A stretch of DNA of 64,000 nt from Rhynchobatus australiae. Taxonomy: Eukaryota. The translations under genes and the position numbers were made by a program. Under the pieces are notes generated by a model that was not told the DNA's origin, did no database searches, and saw nothing but the letters and a program-made list of their open reading frames with translations. Location: assembly GCA_034780895.1 (NCBI GenBank), contig JAUZTB010000001.1:21767331-21831330 (forward strand), read 5' to 3'. Shown in pieces: positions 25,612-38,990 of the stretch. Positions within the stretch are counted from its first letter, which is position 1; each line of letters starts with the position of its first letter.

Positions 25612-25995
25612 CTGACACTCCAGTGGTGCGGTGTTACTGCCTGGTATGGGTCTGAACTGTACAGGACATGGAGGTTTGATCCCTGCTCGGAGCTGATTGA
25701 CAGCAGTTGTGACACTGCAGTTATTTTCACTTGTCCTGAGGTTATAGAAGGGAAAAGGCTGACAGAATTCTTATTCCTGTTTGCTATCTAGCAACTTCTG
25801 CCATGGGCATGTCTTCCTGTATAGGTTGAGGACAAGATAGATCTAGACAGGGATGCTTCCTGTGGTCAAATATCTCTGCAACTCTTTCAGCCCAGGGCCG
25901 CGGATGAAGTTTGCTACTTGAATGAAGTGGCACCGAGATAGCTAATACTCATAGAGCAAAGTGTTAGCATAAATCAGTGCCTTCAAAGAATAGCA
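25612..25995 (+). mobile_element. Ancient tRNA-derived SINE (AmnSINE2-like), near full length
   Basis: actgcctggtatgggtctgaactgtacag..ggtttgatccctg (B-box-like)..gaggacaagatagatctagacagggatgc..aatcagtgccttcaaaga; related pieces at 8960, 34990, 41798, 43575 and 57225. Confidence 0.6.
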
Positions 25996-27121
25996 CTGAA
26001 GAAGAAAACAGTTCATTTGGAAATTATTGATGATAGAATCAGAGTCTTGTCAATTTTACCCGTATTAGCTTTAATTAAGGAATACTGCTTCTTGAACATA
26101 AATTGCAGAGTGGAAGTAGTATTTTAAGAGATTAATGATTTCAGTGTATACCACCAGACGTCTTATTTTAAACCTGTATCGAATCCAACAAGCATTTTCA
26201 ATCTCCTACTGTGAACAGGTACCCATCCAGAAAAGTAGAACAGGCCTGAAAAAACCAATCCAGTAAACCAGCAAAAAAATGAAACACAAACAAAGACATA
26301 ATCAATTTGGGGAACAGCTATAATAATTCCAGTTATGGCTCTCATCTCCTCCGTCAACGATCTTGTTATCCAAGAAAATGAATGCGAAAGGGTTAATAAT
26401 CAACCAACAGCTGAGTTCCAAACAATATGGTCATGTTCTACAAAATTTTCTTCAAATAACCACAGAATACAGGACAATGTGCAAAAAGTGAGTTCAGTGA
26501 ATAAGTCAGCACACGTTGTAAAAAAACAGATAGCAGGAGCGATTACAGGGCTGTAATCTAATCTCAAGGCTTCGGATGACGTCCAGAACTACTCGGGGGA
26601 TTATGATGTCATCTGGNNNNNNNNNNTAACATTACAATCTGTTAATTGCGCTGTCCACTGAAATGTCAAAGGGGACACCTTCATGATCTCAATAGGTACC
26701 TTAGCTTCTGTTAATAGGGTCATATTTTTTCTGACAGAATCTCTTTCAGAAACTAGTTGATTCCCACTACAAATCAGTCCTTGAGAGTTTCTGTTGGAAG
26801 AAATGGCCTAATCAATGGCACAGCTTTCATTAAAGTGCCCTGCTTGTTAGGCTACAGCCGTACATTGAAAACATTGTTAGGGGCCAGTAAGATTTGAGTT
26901 CTTTGGATCAGAAATATCGAAAAATATGCATTGCTGTTTTAGAGTCAAAAACACAATCATAAAGGCCTGGGATTCTAATTGCAATTCTGTAACCTCTTTG
27001 TTGTAATTGCAAGACCAAGCATCAGAACACTGAAGGGTGAAAGAAGGTGCTTAGATGAATTTTAATTTGGAAACAGTTGTTGAACTGCTGGTGTGAGATA
27101 AGTTACATTCAAAGAAAGCTT

Positions 27122-28790
27122 TTTTTTTAATCATTCACAGGATATGGGTCTCACTGGCAAGGCCATCATTTATTTTCCATGCCTGATTGTCGTTGAGAGT
27201 TGGTGTGTGCCGCCACAGACTGTGAGATGAAGGTACTCTCGAAGTACTATAATGTAGATCATTCTGGAGTTTTGACTGAGTGTTCATGAAGGTTCAGCAA
27301 TATATTTCCAATCCGGGTGGTGTGAAACTTGAGAGAGGAACTTGGAGATGGTGGGGGTTTCCATATGAATACTGCTTTGTCCTTTTAGTGCCAGGATTTG
27401 CAGTTAAAGAAGTCTTGGTGATTGCTAGTATTTGTCTTGTGGCTGGAATGCACAACACAAAATGGAACACAATTGGTGGAGGAAGTCAAAGTTTATGCAC
27501 ACAAACTGCTGAGGAACTCAGCAGTCAGGCGGCATCTTTGGAGGGAAATGAACAATGTTTAGGGCTGAGACAGGTCCTGATGAAGGGTCTCAGCGTGAAC
27601 ATCAACTGTTCATTTCCCTCCATAGACGCTGCCTAACCTGATGAGTTCCTCCAGCATTTCGTGTGCATTGCTCCAGATTTCCAGCATCTGCAGTCTCTCT
27701 TGTGTCAAAGTTTACAATAGTGTGTGGGGTGCCAATGAAGCAGACTGTTTTTCTCTGGATGGTGCCAAGCGTCGTGGCTGTTGTGGAATCATTTTTTGCG
27801 GAGAGTATCCATCACTCTCATAAACTTCTGCCTTCAGATGGTGGAAGGGCTTTCTAAANNNNNNNNNNNNNNNNNNNNNNNNNNNNNNNNNNNNNNNNNN
27901 NNNNNNNNNNNNNNNNNNNNNNNNNNNNNNNNNNNNNNNNNNNNNNNNNNNNNNNNNNTCTAAAATCAGGAGGTGAATGACTTGTTACAGAATACAGAAC
28001 ACCTAACTTGCTCTTTTAACCACAGTATTTATGTGGATGATCTGGTTAAGTTCCTGAGAAATGGAAGCCCCGGGATGGGGCAGTCGGTAATGGTAATGGC
28101 AAAGAATATTATTGGAGATGGTCATTGCCTGGTACTTCATTGTCAGACATAGAGTATGCCATCAACTGAGGAGATACAAATGGAAATGCAACCAACATTA
28201 AGCATCCCCATCCATGATATGATGCACAGAAAGTCAGTTAATAAGCAGCTGATGATGGTGGGGCCTAGAACAAAGCCTGATAAATTCCTGCAATGATATC
28301 TCATGGCCGGGATGGTTCATCTCCATCTTCCTTGGTATTAAAGTCAAATGTTGGCCCCTAATTCTCAGTGACTTTACTTATGTAATTTCCCAATGCCCCA
28401 CTCAGTAAAATGTAGCCTCCATGGCAAAGACAGTCACTTTTGCATTGCTTCTAGCACTTAGCTGTTTTGTTCATGTTTGTACTAAGATCCAAAGTTGAAT
28501 GGTCCCGGCAAAACCTAAACTGAGCACTGTGACCAAGCTTTCGGTGAGTAAATGCTGCATGATAGTGTCATTGTTGATCCTTTCCATTACTTAGCTGATA
28601 ACTGAGAGAAGACTGACAGCGTTTTTTTTGGGCATTAGGAAAACCGAGGTAATTTTTGATTTTGTTTAATATATAGTAGTGGAGTAGCTATACTGGAGCA
28701 GCTTGGACAAGACAACTAGTTCTGGAGCACGTCTTCAGTATTATAGCTCGGATGTTTTCAGGGCCCATACTTTCTGTTCTACCCTTTGCC
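27122..28790 (-). mobile_element. Old CR1-clade LINE, 5'-truncated, interrupted by a hairpin element and a gap
   Basis: 3' end ggatatgggtctcactggcaaggccatcatttatt; RT region ataagcagctgatgatggtggggcctagaaca is homologous to 57740-57800. Confidence 0.8.
27497..27707. mobile_element. Penelope-type inverted-repeat (hairpin) element inside the CR1
   Basis: Arms gcacacaaactgctgaggaactcagcagtcaggcggcatctttggagggaaatgaaca and tgttcatttccctccatagacgctgcctaacctgatgagttcctccagcatttcgtgtgc are near reverse complements. Confidence 0.85.
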
Positions 28791-29532
28791 CTTTATTGAT
28801 GTAATGGGGAGTCATTCTGATTTGCTGAAGTCTGGGTTTGTGATGGCGGGAACCATGATGTGTAATCCACATGGTACTTCTTTATTCTTCAGTGTTCAAT
28901 ATCTAAAAGATAAGCAGCAAGTGCCAACTAAGCTATTTTTTCTCGGTTACTTTGTTGCTGGTGGAAGTGGGACAGAATACTGTTGTGTCATCTCTTTAGG
29001 AGGCATTTTGGAGACTATTTGTCAGTCGTAGAGTGATAGGAAAATGANNNNNNNNNNNNNNNNNNNNNNNNNNNNNNNNNNNNNNNNNNNNNNNNNNNNN
29101 NNNNNNNNNNNNNNNNNNNNNNNNNNNNNNNNNNNNNNNNNNNNNNNNNNNNNNNNNNNNNNNNNNNNNNNNNNNNNNNNNNNNNNNNNNNNNNNNNNNN
29201 NNNNNNNNNNNNNNNNNNNNNNNNNNNNNNNNNNNNNNNNNNNNNNNNNNNNNNNNNNNNNNNNNNNNNNNNNNNNNNNNNNNNNNNNNNNNNNNNNNNN
29301 NNNNNNNNNNNNNNNNNNNNNNNNNNNNNNNNNNNNNNNNNNNNNNNNNNNNNNNNNNNNNNNNNNNNNNNNNNNNNNNNNNNNNNNNNNNNNNNNNNNN
29401 NNNNNNNNNNNNNNNNNNNNNNNNNNNNNNNNNNNNNNNNNNNNNNNNNNNNNNNNNNNNNNNNNNNNNNNNNNNNNNNNNNNNNNNNNNNNNNNNNNNN
29501 NNNNNNNNNNNNNNNNNNNNNNNNNNNNNNNN

Positions 29533-29702
29533 ACTCCCTTAACCAATTAGGAATCTCTGCCTTAAATACGCCCAATGACTCTGCCTCTATGGCCCTCCGT
29601 GGCAATGAATTCCACAGATTCACCACCCCCTGGCTGAAGAAATCCCTCCAAATCTCATTTCCAACGGGGTGTCCCTTTATTCTGAGGCTGTGCCCTCAGG
29701 AC
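29533..29702 (-). mobile_element. CR1 ORF2 C-terminal fragment
   Basis: Minus peptide VNLWNSLPRRAIEAESLGVFKAEI. Confidence 0.9.
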
Positions 29703-29744
29703 AGGGTGCAGAAATTTAAAAAGGTGGACCTAAAAAGAAAGAAA

Positions 29745-30136
29745 ATAGAAAGAACAGACATTTATGTGGCTCCTTTAATGATCTCAGGCCTTGCCAAAAC
29801 ACTTTACAGTCTATGAAGTACTTTCGAAGTATAGTCACTGTTGTAGGGAAACCCAGCAGCCAAATTACACATTGTAGTTCCCATAAACTGCAATAAGATA
29901 ATGATCAGATCGATAGGTTATTTTTTTAGCAATGTTAGTTGAGGGATAAATGGCGGCTAGAGAGAACTCACTTCCCAACTTCAAAATGCTGCTCCAGGAC
30001 TTTTAGCTTCTACCTGAGGGGACAGATGGGGTTCTTGGTTTAGTGTCTCTGCTGAAAGACAGCCCTCCAACAGTACAGCAGTTCCTCCACATTGAACTAA
30101 AGTGTCAGCCTTGATCTTTCACTGAAGTCCCAGAAG
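29745..30136 (-). mobile_element. Deu-domain SINE (SacSINE1-like)
   Basis: tgaagtactttcgaagtatagtcactgttgta..gttgagggataaat..cctgaggggacagatgggg..gaaagacagccctccaacagtacagca. Confidence 0.85.
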
Positions 30137-31061
30137 CTGAATTTTCATTGGTAAGTGCATCGGGGGGAAAAAAATAAGCAACTTGAACAAAAATAAAAAC
30201 TCTGCATGCCCTACCCTGTTAGAAGGGGCAGGAAATGATGCATTCTTTTGTCGGGTTCATTAATGATTGGTATTGAGTTGGTGACGGTACACCTGCAGTA
30301 CATGCCACAGAGTAACCTCAGTGTTCAGTGCAGTGGTTGTGCCAGCTTCCGTCGCTACCAATCACCCTGTTAGACTGACCTTCTTACTGAATTTCGTGAT
30401 TGTATAATCTAGCTTCTGTGCTTGGAAGAAAGGCAGGCATTTACACTTTGGCAAGCTCAGGCTCCACAATAAGTGTGTATAGTTCCACAGTGGTTCCATT
30501 ATGCTGTACCGCCCACCTTCAGCACCCTGGTCCCCATCACAGCCCTGTTGTGGAATAATTGTTCTGTGCATTGCTGAGATTCCCGACTTGTAGTATAATG
30601 AAAGCTGGTGTGAGCAGTCAAAAGCCAAGCTGAAAGAAAAGATTTTTCTTCTGTGAAATTATCCTGTGAACTACAATTTTTCAAGATGTTTTTAGTGTTG
30701 AGGAAAATTGCATTTTTTTCCTAGCCCACCAAAGCAAGATTTTAACCCACCACTGATACTGTAGAATTCAATCAGCAAAAAAAAGAACATAAATTTGTAT
30801 TCTCTCCATCTGTCAACAGAGACCTTTAATTCTTGGAGTCTTTTGTACTTCATTTCTTGTGTAATCCAGCTGCAAAATAAAAGAAAGCTTTTTTTNNNGA
30901 AGAAATGACCATGTGAAAACAGAAATTCAGTGTTCAAAGCTAAATATCACTTCAAAATCACCTCAGCCAAGCTCTGTGGGGAAAGTCAATGGATGTACAG
31001 GTTATTGGGCAGTACAAACTGGGAAACTCATGAGTGGTTATCGATCTGAATAGGTCACATG

Positions 31062-31192
31062 GTTCTGACAATTGGTCATCAACTTGAAACATTGACTCTG
31101 TTTCTCTCTCCACAGATTCCAGCTGATCAGCTGAACTTTTTTCAAGCACGTTCAGATTTTGTTTCAGTTTTCCAGCATATGTAACCTTTTAC
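31062..31192. mobile_element. Penelope-type terminal-repeat fragment
   Basis: tgaaacattgactctgtttctctctccacagat..ttccagcat, like 41642-41763. Confidence 0.65.
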
Positions 31193-31530
31193 CTTTCTGG
31201 GAACCTTACAGGTTTAGATCTCTCACCAACGCCAATGGGCTAGAGCATCAATAGTCCTGGGTCACAAAGGGAACTAATCAGTGGGCCTTACTGACAATTG
31301 CATAAGTATAGTCATCATCTTAGAGCAGTATTGACTTCGCCATGACCAACTAATCTGTGAGGCTCGACTAGTAGAATGGGATGTGACCAATGTAATTGAA
31401 GATTGTAGGATTGTAGGATCTTCAGGAGAGAAAGTGTGTAGGAGAGGAAGGGAAATTATATATTGGTGTCTGTTTGCACTGGATTGTGAATTGGATTTCA
31501 AACTGTTTTAGAAAAATGAAAGTTTGTCAG

Positions 31531-31533
<3 letters not shown>

Positions 31534-31586
<53 letters not shown>

Positions 31587-31706
31587 ATGCTTGATTTTGT
31601 GCACATNNNNNNNNNNNNNNNNNNNNNNNNNNNNNNNNNNNNNNNNNNNNNNNNNNNNNNNNNNNNNNNNNNNNNNNNNNNNNNNNNNNNNNNNNNNNNN
31701 NNNNNN

Positions 31707-31754
<48 letters not shown>
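31534..31754. repeat. (GT)n microsatellite, duplicated across a 100-N gap
   Basis: (GT)n followed by ttatgcttgattttgtgcacat occurs on both sides of the gap 31607-31706. Confidence 0.95.
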
Positions 31755-31756
<2 letters not shown>

Positions 31757-34700
31757 ATGCTTGATTTTGTGCACATATGTGTCTTTATGTATGCAGTTGT
31801 ATGTGTGAATGAATAGTTCTGTGTGTGTAGGGGGGTGGGTGGGGGCAGAGTGGGAGAAAAATAGCAGGTTGGAAGACTGAACTGTTTGAGGAACAGGATT
31901 CAGAAGAACAGTGGCTCACTGTTATTTCTTTCAGAAGATCTGTTATTGTTAGAGATTAGCAAGTCTGCTTCATACTGATTGTTTCCTACCCACAGTACGC
32001 ACTGGTACCTGCTGGCACATCATTAATGCTTTAGATAAGTGTGTGGGCCAATAATATTTGGTTTATGGATGAGGGGTCTGTTAGCTCAGAACAGGGATAA
32101 CTCCCTTATCCAGATAGTATGAACTTCAGTTAATTCTTCCGATGCTCTCTAGTGACCACACTAATGCCATTTTACTATAAAATTAAATGTTTCATCAGGG
32201 CAATATTTTTAGATTTGGATGTGGATAGACAGTAAGCATGGAATGGTAAATGAATGCTCCACAATAGGGAATTAAATATTCTTACTGGTTCAAGGGTCAG
32301 GCTTTTTCACAAAGATGTTATGATCCATTTCTTGTTTCAATGTATATTGCAATATATCCTATCATAAGCAAACTCACCTCCTTCAAGAAACTGCTCTCTG
32401 CTACCATCCTTACCATATCCACCCCAGCTCACCACACATCTCCAAGGCAGATAGGTTTTAGATTGCAACCTACATGTGGTGTGACACTGAGTTTGTATTT
32501 ATGATGATTGAATGGCTAGTTTGTTAATTTTCAAAGCAGTATATTTCTTGTATTTTCATGGAATCCCTTCACGTGGAACTGAGGAGATTATTTTGCAACC
32601 TACACATACAGTAAAGGTTTTAGCAGCAGATTACTGAACCACATTCTCACCTATCCAAAAGCCACTCTCTAAACTATTTAGCAGGTTAGCTTAGCACCTC
32701 ATAGCTTAATGTCTATTTAAGTCATGCAAGTGCAAAAATCATGATGATAAAAGATTAAATTAGCTGTGATAATTTTATGTATCTTTATATCTAGAATAGG
32801 ATATATGTTACTGCACTCACCAATGTTATGATTTGGGATCTATCAGTAAGAACAATGTTTAACAAAACTTCTGAAAGTTACCCATTTTCTATGATTCTGC
32901 TGTTGCTGAATGACTAAAAATAACCCAGGCCAATAAAATAATAGTAGGTAAATATGGAGGCTTTTTAAGTGTAAATCTCCCTCTGAAATATTGATGCTAA
33001 TGCACAGGAATGTGGCAATCAAGGAGTTAAGTGGAATGCCTGAAGCAACATCCTGCATTCTTGCTTTGTGACATGTTGTCATGTGTTTAAAAGAAAGTCA
33101 ATCGGCAATTAACTGATGCACCTTGTGAAGATGACAAAAGGCATTTTGGTTGCAAAAAAGAACTGGGTTGTGAGGGGTTGTAATGAAGGAGTAATGACTA
33201 TTCATAAGCGATTTTCAGTACGTTGATCCACTTGACTGGAAAGTTCTGCCCTGGAGAGTTTGCGCTGTCAGTTTCTTTCACCTCAGAAAGCTGCCGCAAT
33301 CGGTATGTGAGTGAGAAATTATCTAGTTATGGCTGTAGGCCTGTCTCAGGTCATATGTGTTAAGCATACATCTGTCCCGCTATAGGTGTGCGCATGTGAG
33401 CAAAGGAGTCTGGAAAACAGTGAGCTGTGTACATATTTACTTTGGCTTATCACTGCTTTATCTCAATTGCCGATTTACCTTATCAAAACATAAATAGTTG
33501 ATTGGCCCATTAAGGCTACTCAATAGCCACTTAAAAGTTCTGTTTGTGGAAATAGTTGGCAAACGATGTCCAATTGAAATTTAACATAGCCACCTCAGGT
33601 ACAGAAAACTTTTTGAGCTTCTGGCCTGTCAATAATGCAGTAGCAAGGCAATTTAATATTTTATGCATATTCGAGGAAGCTTCTGTCATTGTGTTATGGT
33701 TGCCACCATCACAGATGTATTTGTTGATGCTGAGGAGGTTGATAATGCTGCAAGGACTTTAATGGAGAAAGGCCAAATTAACAATTAAACATATAATGTA
33801 CACAGACTTTTCAATAGATGAAACAAGCAAGTAATTCAGTGTGATTATTCTAAGTTTGCTTACTCTGCGTTAGTGCGACAAAGTGCAGAGGATTTTAAAA
33901 GCCGTAAACTTCACTCTCTTCATTTCATTACAGCCATTTTGTGGAACTCTGAAATGTGTCTATGAAGGGATACTTGTTTGTAAGTTTATGATGTGGTGGT
34001 GAAATAGGTCTCTGGGGAAAGAGTTTCCTTTTAAAAACATAGCTTTATGAACTATGCTCATTTAAATATCGGGCAAATCTTTCCTTTCTTACATTTTAAA
34101 ATTAGGTAGAGGACAAGGGGTACCTGGAAAAGATTACAAAACAGTATTGACAAACTCATATTAATATAATCATGATACACATAAGAGAAAAATGGTTGAC
34201 TTTGAAAATGGTTCAAATTCGAGATGTTATTTCTGCCTTGCTTTTTCTCCCAGCAACTGTTATTATACAATTAAATAAAAAGTACAGCGTGGAACAGATG
34301 AACTGCCTCGTTCTGTTTTTTGATACATTTGAAGGGCAGCAGCGGATCTGTCTTGGAAGCATTTTTAGTGCTGCGATAAATGAACACATCATCATCACTG
34401 CCCCGCGTCTTAGGAAAATAATTTGCTGTCAAGTAAAGCAAAGCATTTTAAGAATGAAACAAATAACATGCAATTGATCAACCATGCTCTTCATTGGTAT
34501 ACCACTGTTGTATATTTTGAAATGGAAAGGTTTACCTAAAAATTGAGTTTAAGGCAAACTTATTATTTACTAACAACTTTAATGTTTATTTAGAAAAGGT
34601 CTGTGCTATAATACACAATCACTCAGTTTAACTGTATACCCAGAAAATGCTGAAAATCAGTATGTAGTTTTAAGCAGTGTCTTGTTAACTCTTTGTGTTA

Positions 34701-34989
34701 CCATAATTTTCTACAAATTCACATTTTTAAAAAGAATTTTATTCTCTATGGAAGTAAATTTAAAAAAAAATCACCTTCCCCATTGATTCACGTTATCTCC
34801 CAAAACTATGGACTTGTGCTAAGATAATGGCATTGTGCTTACCTGTTGTTCTACTGCCCTAGTAATGTGTGGCTGTCACATTGGTGTTTTACTTTGCGGC
34901 ATCATTGACTGAAACCAATATTTTTCACACACTCACTCACAAGCACACACGTTTCTTAACAGGAACCAGAATTGTAAGTTCTGGTTAAT

Positions 34990-35110
34990 TTTCATCTCTA
35001 TTGGCAGTTGCAATGAATTGACTGCCATCTTCTGAGGTAGCTCAGTGGTGGCCCTGGGGTCCTTCCGGTCTGTAGTGCTCTGTTTCATGGGGTAATTCTT
35101 TGACCAAACT
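34990..35110 (-). mobile_element. AmnSINE2-like head fragment
   Basis: Minus strand gagcactacagaccggaaggaccccagg..tgagctacctcag. Confidence 0.4.
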
Positions 35111-37962
35111 GAACCATTGTGACAACTGAAACATTGCACATGTTACACTTGAAGTTCATTATAGGTACCTATTCTTTTTAATAAGGAGTCATGGCCTGAA
35201 AAAAAAATCATAGAAACAAACCTGTCGTTTGTAATATTATTGTATATTTTGTTTTCAATTCCCTGTTAAAAGTCTCATTTTCTATCTTGTTCTAAGTATT
35301 TCTTTTCTTTTTGCTAATGAATTATGATCAAGGTGATGCCTAGTTCTGGAGTATCACATGGTATTATGTGAACATAGAACTCAATACAGGAGCTGTCATC
35401 TTCAAGTCCACAGTACACTGCACAACAATATTCTAATGCTGCCATCAATAATTTACATTGATCTCTTCTGCGTTACTAATATAATGAAGTTGAGGCCTAG
35501 GGTCTTACTTCCATTTCTGCCCGGAGGCTATCCGCAGATTTTAACATGGCCTCAGTGATCATAACACAAAACCAAAATCATCCAGATATTTAAATCCATG
35601 ATTACACAAACCAGACCACTTTGCTTTTGCAGGATAGGCCAAAAGGAGGGAGAGAGGGGGAGAAAAAATGGACAGCAGTAGTGAGATTCAGAAGTCATCT
35701 GTTAAGAAGCACTGATAAGCTCCCCTTGATCCCAATGCACTGTTGGCAGGAATGTTCCAAACCTAGGTACCTTAAATACTTAAACACTATAATGGAATTG
35801 CTGTTTCCCGTGGGATTTCTAACATAACCATTAATGTAATTTTAATAAAATATATGCAACACTGCGCATCCAAAAAAGAAGGCAACAATCTGCCTCTGTA
35901 TGCTTGATTGCATATTCAGTTTGTTTAATGTCTTTTTCTGCTTTCTTTAAACACTTATTATTCAACAAGTACACAGTTAAAAGTTGATTGATAGACATGG
36001 ATATGCTCTGCGTTAGTGGACCTTTGAGGCCAATAATATTTCTGTGCTAAACCCAAACTTTACTCATTTGATGATTGTTAATTGGAATAAACTCACTTTG
36101 TCCCCAGATAGCCCTGTAGGGTCTAAGAATTAATTTGTGTGGTCCTAAACTCTGCTGATCAGGAAAACCCCATATTTCATGGTTCTAACACCTTATTGTT
36201 GTCCTTAATTCCAAAGTAAATCAACAAAATAATGTTTTTTTTTCAAATAACTCCATTTGGAGGATGAACGGGGATGTGCACAGAGCAAGCTTTTCTCAAC
36301 ATGCTCCAAGAGTAGAACTTGCTCTTTCCTTTTACACTCCAACCAGACAGCAGTGGTCCCTTAAAATTTTTATAGTTCCTATAACTACAAGTGTTTGAGG
36401 CCCTTCTCATAAGGCTGTCCTTGGGAGTCATATAAAAGCACAACACACCTGGCTGTATTATACAGATGCTGTTTTGTATAAGTNNNNNNNNNNNNNNNNN
36501 NNNNNNNNNNNNNNNNNNNNNNNNNNNNNNNNNNNNNNNNNNNNNNNNNNNNNNNNNNNNNNNNNNNNNNNNNNNNNNNNNNNATAAGTTTTCTATCTTG
36601 GAAGAACGGCTGAAATCTGGATAACTACAGATTGTCATGCATCAGACAGGGTTTACAGTGAGGCAGTATTATGTCATTATTGCTCTATCATTGAAGGATG
36701 AGCATCCGAGTTGATTTTGAAGTTGAGAGCTAAAAAGCCACAATTAAACAGCCAGGGGACTCATCCTTGATTATTAGTACTAAATATGCAATATAGTAGC
36801 ATGTGAGCAGTGTTCTCTCCTACCAAAATTTGGTTTCATTGAGACAAATTTTGGAAGAAAGTACAACATTTTGCTACTGCTTCTTACATATTTAGCTATA
36901 CTAACCAAGGACAACATTTTCCTCAATGATTTTTCATAAAGCAAATTACTAGACCTGTTTTAGCCCTGGTATATTTATTCCTCTTTTCTGAAGATCCATT
37001 GTAATCCTCACATTCAAACTTAGGCAGTCACAACAGCTCTTTACTCCTATACAGTTTGAGAAGATTGGAGTCACTATAAGCTAGCTGTCAGTACCACAAG
37101 ATTTTCAAATATCATGTACCTTCCCTATCGTTCCTCCTGTCCCCCTGCCTTACTGCCTTCCCCTTGACTCTCCCCCTAGCATTCCCCAAGCCTGCAAATT
37201 AACATTAGTGCCACTGTTTCCAACCACAACTTCCTTAGGTTAATAGATACACATCACTAATGTTCACCAGAAATAAATGTTATCAGTGCATTCCTGCAAG
37301 TGAAAAGTGATATGTTGCTTTAGTACAGTGTGTACTCAAGACTTTGAAACAGAAGTGCCTCCTGATTGTTGCTTGTACTAGTGTGGGTTCTTACGATATG
37401 CATGATACTGCTGCCTAGAACATGTATCAGTGTTTCTCATTATGGTGAACAACAAAACCTAGACTTTCACACTATCTCATTTACTCAAGTGGCAGAGAAT
37501 GCTGCTCCTGTACCATGAACCCTCCTCACCAACTCCTGAAAGAACCAGATACAGGCAGATTTAGTTTCTTTTGCTCCTAGGCATTTTGGTAGATGGCCTT
37601 TATTCTCGACAAGTCCATTAATACTGTCACAAATGGTGCTCCTTTGGCTCCCTGAGATGCTAAGATGTAAGTCCTTATCTGTTGGTTCATAAAACAGTGG
37701 AAATGAACGTCATGCCTTGTACTTTATCAAGCAAAAACACTTACAGGGAAAAAAAACTTCTGCACTGAAGTACCTGCCACCACCATTTTGTAGCAGTAGA
37801 GTTGCTGTGGTGGAATGGAGGAAAAACAACATCACAGGCAAGGAGTTATCCCTCTGCCTTCACTACAGCCATGAACAGTCTCATATTTTTAAAGTGTTAC
37901 TTTAAAAAGCTTTTTGACTGTTGGGACTTGTTAAGGTTTTAATGATGAACTTTTACTCCATT

Positions 37963-38157
37963 CTGCAGAAAGTGGTTGAGGCAGGTACAATAATAACATC
38001 CAAAAGACATTTGAATAAGTATGTAGATAGGGGGGGCGATTTAGAGGGATATGGGCCAAACATGGGCAAATGGAACTAGCCTGGTGGGCACCACAGTGGG
38101 CATGGATGAGTTGGACTGAAGGACCTGTTTCCAGGCTGGATTACTCAAGGACTCTAT
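37963..38157 (+). mobile_element. CR1 3'-end fragment
   Basis: gtggttgaggcaggtacaataataacat..gagggatatgggccaaa..ggcatggatgagttggactgaaggacctgtttcc. Confidence 0.88.
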
Positions 38158-38543
38158 TGACTCACAAAGAGATTTTTCTCTTCCATCGGTGCTTTATTTT
38201 TCCAGTTTGAATAGGAAAATCTCAAAGTTGTTGTTGAGGTATCCCTTCAACAAGCATATAATATCCAGCATGGGAAAGAGCACAAAATTGCAAGGTCAGC
38301 CATAACAGCAAGTGCTGACAACCAGTCTCAATTTAACTTTAACAGTATAGGTCAGTTTTAATAATTTTGAATGGGGATGTGAGTGCTGAACATTTAACTT
38401 GTGGAGGTTAAAAACTCGCAGAAAATAGTGAAGCCTAATGCTTTGCTGATGAAGTAAATGTTTTATCACAAAGCAGTCAATGCTGCTGCCCTTCAACAGT
38501 ACAGTAAATAAAATAACTTGCACTGGACATATTACAATCAGTG

Positions 38544-38990
38544 ATGGCCATGGCTGGTGTAGCTCTCTCACTTTTGAGTCAGAAAGTCATGATTCAAATT
38601 ATACTCCAGTGACCTGAGCACAAAGAACTAGACGGACTGTCCAGTGCAATACTGAGGGAGTGCTGTACCGTTAGAGGTGCTACCTTCCAGATGCATAATT
38701 AAACTGGGGTCCCATCTGCCTTCTAGGGTGGATATTAGATGATTCGTCAATGCTATTCCAAAAAGTAGAAAGGCAGACATCCTGGCCAATATTTATCCCT
38801 CTATATCTTGAAAATAAATTATATGGTCATTGTCCTATTACTGTTCATGGGGGCTTGCTGTGTGTAAATTTCCTGCCACAGATTCAAGAACATAGCAGAG
38901 ATTAAACTTCAAAAGTACTTCATAGGCTGTAAGGAACTTTGATGTATCGTGAGGTCATGAATGATGCTCTATATTGCTTTTCTTTGTCTT
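38544..38990 (+). mobile_element. Near full-length Deu-domain SINE (SacSINE1-like)
   Basis: tactgagggagtgctgtaccgttagaggtgc..tcctggccaatatttatccctc..cttcaaaagtacttcataggctgtaa. Confidence 0.88.

Noticed and set aside
30519-30540. REST/RE1-like TTCAGCACCCTGG
   Set aside because: Only the left half-site matches; right half is GGTCCC rather than GGACAG
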